A DNA stretch of 64,000 bases from Trichoplax adhaerens (Eukaryota > Animalia > Placozoa), in the NCBI RefSeq assembly GCF_000150275.1, contig NW_002060950.1:2096106-2160105 (forward strand), read 5' to 3'. A program made the translations under genes and the position numbers. The notes beneath the pieces are model-generated. The model worked only from the letters and a program-made list of their open reading frames with translations. It searched no databases and had not been told where the DNA came from. This document shows, piece after piece, positions 58,201 to 64,000 of the stretch (positions are counted from its first letter, which is position 1; every line of letters starts with the position of its first letter).

Positions 58201-61200
58201 CAGATTGGTAGGGATTTAGGGATTACAATTTGAAATGACTACAAATTGAAGATACAGCTAGAGCTGAAAGAAATTCGAAATCATTGCAAGTTAAAAATAT
58301 GCCCCGAGGGCTAGAATATAGATATATACTACACCAAAAAAAAAAATGGCAGAGATTCAGTGATAACAGTTGATAATTGAGTTTCCCGTAATTTATTGAT
58401 GAATTCTGTATAGGAGAATTAGACAAAAAATAAAATTATAAAACATCTGTCGTAAACTTCCTTGCAACGTAAGAGTACTTCAATTGATCCGTTTTAATAT
58501 TTGAGCTCAGGCTATACCTTGTGTCATGTAATGTAAGGCCGAATTGCGAATATAGCAAGTTAAGTTAGTATATCCTCCTAAGCATTATACTATACCTATT
58601 TTGGACGCAAGAAGCGAACTAGAAAAAGACTGAAAATCAAGAAAATACTTCCATAATTAGGCCGTATTAGTAATTAGGTACTTCTAAGGCCAGTATCGAT
58701 GGTTATGGATTACATCATAATTCGCATATGACGAATACTCTCACTGCCATTCATATTTGTGATCAGCCCGTGTAAATAATTCTGAAGGACAAATTGTCAT
58801 TAGAAATTACAACTGTAGGATGAAATTTGTGCCATTGCAATTTGCAAAGGCTGATTAAAAGCAAATTATACAGTCAATTGCTAACCTAATCTTTTTGCTT
58901 ATCCAGCCAGGGTGCCGTACCTGATTGAGTTCATTAAGCAAGTAGAAATGGCGCAATTTGTACTTCAAAACTGATTAAAATTTAGTCGCTATTTAGTTTA
59001 GTAATTGCTGAGGGACAATACATCTACAGCCGTACAATACGATATTGCCGGCATTGATCTTCCGGATTAGTAACCGTGCTATGTCAGATTAATTGATCTA
59101 TCGAAACAACAATGATGACCGTGTCTCGAGTTTGTCTACAGTTCCTTTTGAGAAAGATATTAATTAAAGGACTTTTGGTTGGCACTAAAATATGCTTTTC
59201 TTCTGGTAATTTACAAATTGAAAAAGTCAGTAAGCTGGTGAAATCTAAAATGCAAACGATTCAGAATATTGTCACACTATATTGGACTCTAATTTCTCGG
59301 TATGCAGTTCTACTCGCATTACTCGTATACTGGACCTTCTCAACAAAATTTCTCCACTTTAATCAAGTACTGTACCCCTTAACTTCGAGAGCTGCTAAAT
59401 TATCACGTTAGAATGCAAATAATCCAAATTATTTCACACTTTGTTCGAACATTTTAGTTATCGTCTCGTGACTGCTTCATTTTATTGCTAAATTTCCCTT
59501 CAAACAAGCCTTACTACTGTAAATACACTGTATTGCCCTCGGCAATTTTATCGCACATGTCTGAATTACCAACCATTTTTTATTCTAATTGAAAGAAACA
59601 GATCGATCATAGGCGTTCTTACCATCTTTAGATGACGAGTTGTATTAGAAATTTTGCGAAACGCTTATCGATACCCAAGATCTGAGTGTATTGACTCAAA
59701 TTTGAATACCTCTTCGACTCTACCCTCTTTAGCAGTGGGATAGGATCAACTTCTTCCTACTTGATCCGTGGGATACCCTAATCAGTTAACGCCATCATAA
59801 CTACTGTTTCGATCTCCGTTTCATCAGTTTATTGGATTTGCTTTAGAGATGTAGAACTCTATACAACAGATATCAAGACTTCTACTGTAAAAATATATCT
59901 AGTAACACTGGCAAATCTATATACGTGTATTCTATTTTCATGGCCAAAGCTACTACGTAACAATTGTGTGTTATAATACTGTTATAGTTGATGAACATAA
60001 ATGATGTAGTAAATCAAACTTCTTCTCATCGAAAGCATTTCAAATCGGTTTTAAACTTACAATGACTTTAATTTTAATCCTCGGTAAGGTTATTGGTGTT
60101 GCTCAAGTTATCAATAAGAAAAATGGCGAAGAGAAATTTACGGCGAAAGATGAAAAGGTACAACTAAAATTTTCATTAAAAGCAGATTACAATTTAAGAT
60201 CAGAAAGGTGATAACTGACTATGAAAATTTTTAATTCAGACTAGTTATTGACTAATTTGCAATTATAATTGTGAAATATGACATACTAATGTCACAGCTT
60301 AAAAAATAAGCCTAGAACCAGTTGCTTTCATAACAACATCAACTCAAAAAAAATTTCATTTCATCATTTGATCTCCAGGTTTTTCAGAAATATTTGGTAT
60401 TTTGCGCAATTGGAATTGCCAATGCGGATATATATGAAACTTCATTAGTAGAATCGCAAAGAAATCGCGTAAGCATACCTACTCTCCAAATACGATTCTG
60501 GGATCTGATTCCGACTCGATTCTACTGTGTTGAGAGAGTCTACGTATAATTAATTAGACTCTCCTATCCAGTGAATAGAACAAACTATAGACGTACAGTA
60601 CAGTAAATAAGCATTCATTTCAGGCTGCTATTCAGTTTATTTCACGCTAACACTTGTAAAAGTTCTGCTATATTATTTTTTATTTATCCATTGATGACAT
60701 AATTGTAGAAACCCATTATTATGTTATTAGTGAACGTTGTTACTCACTTACTGTAGATAGCAATATAATGACATTGACTCCATTATGGTATTACTAGGCA
60801 TTGCTAGAACTTGCACACGGAATTTTTGAAGAACAACATGACATGGACCGAATTATCCACACGATTACTGTTGAAGCTAGACAGCTGTTGAATTGTAGAA
60901 GATGTACAATATTCCTAGTCGACAACGATATCCATACCTCAAGCAACGTAAATACTGTACTACTAAATGGATTACACTTTCATCAATAAACATCTAGCTT
61001 TGCCAATAAATGTCAGTATTGGCTAAAGATTAAACTTGGATTGTGCAATTAACCTTATTTATACATAGGATATATCCCTGGGTAAAGTTTATGATCTGGA
61101 TATTCGAGATGGTGAGACGAAGGAAAAGATTAAAAAAGTAAGGTGCATTCCAGGAACTCGCGGGCTGTATATTGGATTAGTAAAACAAGTGGCAAGGACG

Positions 61201-63917
61201 GGAAAGGTATAGTATAAACGAATTATCTATTAAGCACATTCTGTTTGATTACTGCCTTTAGTTTGCTCAATTTAAGTGAATGAAATTACCTACTTTGTGC
61301 TGTACTAAGGAAAAATAATAGTTCTAGAGTATAATAATATTTGGCCAACGATAAGATAATACTGTCCAGAGTACAGTAAAGTCGATCACGTTGTTAAAAC
61401 GAATTCGTATAATGTTTTAGACAATCAACATTGCTTTATTACACAACGATGAAAATAAGGACACTGAGGTATGAAAATTTAGTATATAAAATTGATATAT
61501 GGACAACGAAATGATTGTATTATTAATTTAATTATATTACCGGCTAAAATTGTATGTAGTCTCAAGGTGACCACTCTATAATTAAATCTTAATACGGAAA
61601 AAGATTGTTTACTGATCAATTAAAATCAGAACAATAATTATAGTTGTTAAATCATATCAATATTATCTGAGTACGATGTGCTGTATTAATAATGGATAAT
61701 TTTCAATTACTTAAGAAATTCGATAAAGAATTCAATGAAAACGTTCTTTGCATGCCCATTTTTGGTAAAATTCCAACCCAAAAGTCGACAAGTTCCTCTT
61801 TAGATTTTGGATCTATTAACTATGATCAAAAAATAATTGGTATATCAATTTTTGACTTATAAACTAGACAGTAATAAATCTTCACAGCTGATACGCAAGG
61901 TTTCGTTATATCTAATAGATGTTTATGTGATTCTAACCTGAAATGTTTTAATTCCATTAATGACCTCTAACATCAGTAAAGGATCAGATAACACTAAGAA
62001 GCTTAACTACGATAATTTCATCTTATAGGTATCGCTCAGTTGGTCAACAAATTGGATGGAATGCCATTCGACAGCAATGATGAAAATCTATTTGAAGCTT
62101 TTGCCATATTTTGTGGTTTAGGAATTTATAATTGCTTAATGTTTACTCATGTTACTCAACTGCTGGCCAAGCAAAATGTTGCTTTAGAGGTTAGTAGCAG
62201 TGAATACAAATCTCGATTTGAAGTACATATAGTTGTATACAACCAGCACACAAGAATTACAATTATAATACCGATTCCTGTAATATCCATTTTAATAGTT
62301 TTTAATATGCATTTTAGCAGAGTTAAATCTTATTCGGGCCATTATCGTAATCTCAGAGTGTGCATGTATTTATGTATAGTAGACGTCTTAATTTAAGCCT
62401 GTATAATTATCGGTTTCGAATTGTGTCAATAGCTGTAAATACGTATCTTTTTAACTAATTCTGCAGGTGTTATCATATCATGCCTCCGCTTCGCCAACTA
62501 AAGCCAAAGCTTTAGCGGTATCAATGTATTTATAAATCATGTTACATTTAATGGAAAATTTACTCTAGATTTAATTACGTAACGTCTATGAACTGAATTT
62601 AGATCAGCATCATTTGATAATATTAGTATAGGACATTTGAACAAAGTTTTAAATTTCGTAACTGTACAATGAACGAAATAGTAGATCGTCGATACATTAA
62701 TGCTAGGTTTAACACGCTAACTATGCCAGAACAAAACATTTTTTTTGCTATTATCCTTTAAATATCGAATTTAGTATAGTAGTACATTTTGATATTAAAA
62801 TCTTTAGATAACTTAGAAGATAGTATAAATGTATGAAAAGCGCTAAATCGAACATTCAATTTATTTGGAATACTCAAGTCTTCTTGAATTAATGTCACTA
62901 GATAGTAGAAATTCCTCCAGCAATGGAATTAAATCTTACTGACTTTGGCTTCGATGATGCCTTACTGGATGATCACCAGTCCTTGTTGTCTTCCTTACGA
63001 ATGTTTTTAGACTGCGGATTTGCAAAACGATTTAAAATTCCTAAAGAGGTCAGTTCTTACGCTAACCTAATCAATAAAATTAGATTTTGTAGAAACTGCA
63101 GTATTGGATAGTTGCTAAATCATAGCCATAGATTTAGAATAAAGAGGCTACTGATTATTTAGACCTTGTGCCGATGGATTTTAAGTGTCAAAAAGAACTA
63201 TCGAAGCGTCTGTTACCATAATTGGCGGCATGCATTTAATGTTGCTCAAATGATGTTTACAATTATGCAGGTAAAATAGCAATAATAAGAGACCATACAG
63301 AAAGCTATATTTTCTATTATCTATTATGTCTAGCTTTTAACAGAAATATGGCTGTGAATGAAAATTAATGCAATATTAAATCTAACTAATGAAATTATCA
63401 TTCGCGCAATCTTGATTCAAATGTATACGATATTTTAAGAATTATTTGTATCATTTGATTTATGGATTCTTAGAGTACTACAATCCTCCAGCATGTCTCC
63501 AAAGTAGAGGCGTTTGCCTTATTAATTGCCTGTTTTTGTCACGATTTGGATCATCGAGGGACTAGTAACAGTTTTGAGTTAGAGTAAGATCATTTACTGT
63601 AACTAGCTGTATAATTTAAGTTTAAAAGATTTTAGATCGTTTACAGATCTTTCAAGATGGTATTTGAAACGTCTGAATAATTTATATAGTACGATTACTT
63701 GTAATCATTTTAAAAAAAGATAGCCTTTGACGCTCTTAATTTTCCAGTACAAGATAAATTAATAATGCATATGATAAAAATGCTTAAATAAGTCAATAAT
63801 TATAATATTTTGACATATTGAAATACTAGATGTAATTCACCATTGGCTAAAATATATGGCACATCAACGATGGAGCATCATCATTTTGATTACAGTCTCA
63901 TGATTTTAAATAGCGAG
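55291..63917 (+). CDS. Tandem-GAF 3',5'-cyclic nucleotide phosphodiesterase, PDE5/6/11 group (3' end lies beyond the window)
   Basis: Exons are 55291-56052, 57621-57710, 60089-60157, 60379-60468, 60798-60947, 61069-61206, 61421-61468, 61716-61839, 62029-62189, 62467-62517, 62902-63048, 63163-63270, 63474-63583 and 63830-63917. Motifs: [12 protein letters not shown]-terminus; GAF-A ([37 protein letters not shown]...DE); GAF-B; catalytic [27 protein letters not shown] and MEHHHF. Confidence 0.96.
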
Positions 63918-64000
63918 GTAAATAGAATTAATTTGTATGTATTAGATTGTTTACATTTTATCAATTAATCATTGATATTATATAGTGGTTAGCTATACAG

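Overview
AT-rich eukaryotic genomic DNA with many short GT-AG introns (about 60-150 nt). The compactness and protein divergence suggest an early-branching metazoan, most plausibly a placozoan such as Trichoplax (inference only). Five spliced signalling genes can be reconstructed by hand: (1) a two-exon TGF-beta ligand of the BMP3/GDF10/ADMP type (+, 365-7016); (2) a DOCK180-family Rac GEF of about 57-58 exons with SH3, DHR-1, DHR-2 and a Crk-type PxLPxK tail (-, 11012-27559); (3) a type II phosphatidylinositol 4-kinase (+, 31367-36856); (4) a MAP-kinase phosphatase (-, 39357-43404); (5) a tandem-GAF cyclic nucleotide phosphodiesterase of the PDE5/6/11 group, truncated by the window end (+, 55291->63917). 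The divergent DOCK/PI4K2 intergenic region holds a compound ~105-bp satellite, a 113-bp triple repeat, an AACCCGA motif cluster and an orphan exon-like segment. Other observations are an orphan 142-aa ORF, several isolated hairpins, a GC-rich foldable element in the DUSP intron, and clusters of a TACAGTA/TACTGTA motif near gene starts. The five gene families match the vertebrate chromosome 4/5/8/10 paralogon. I found no tRNA, rRNA, CRISPR array or intact transposon, and no new biological system that the sequence alone can firmly establish; the findings are leads. Exon coordinates were read by eye and may be off by a few bases.
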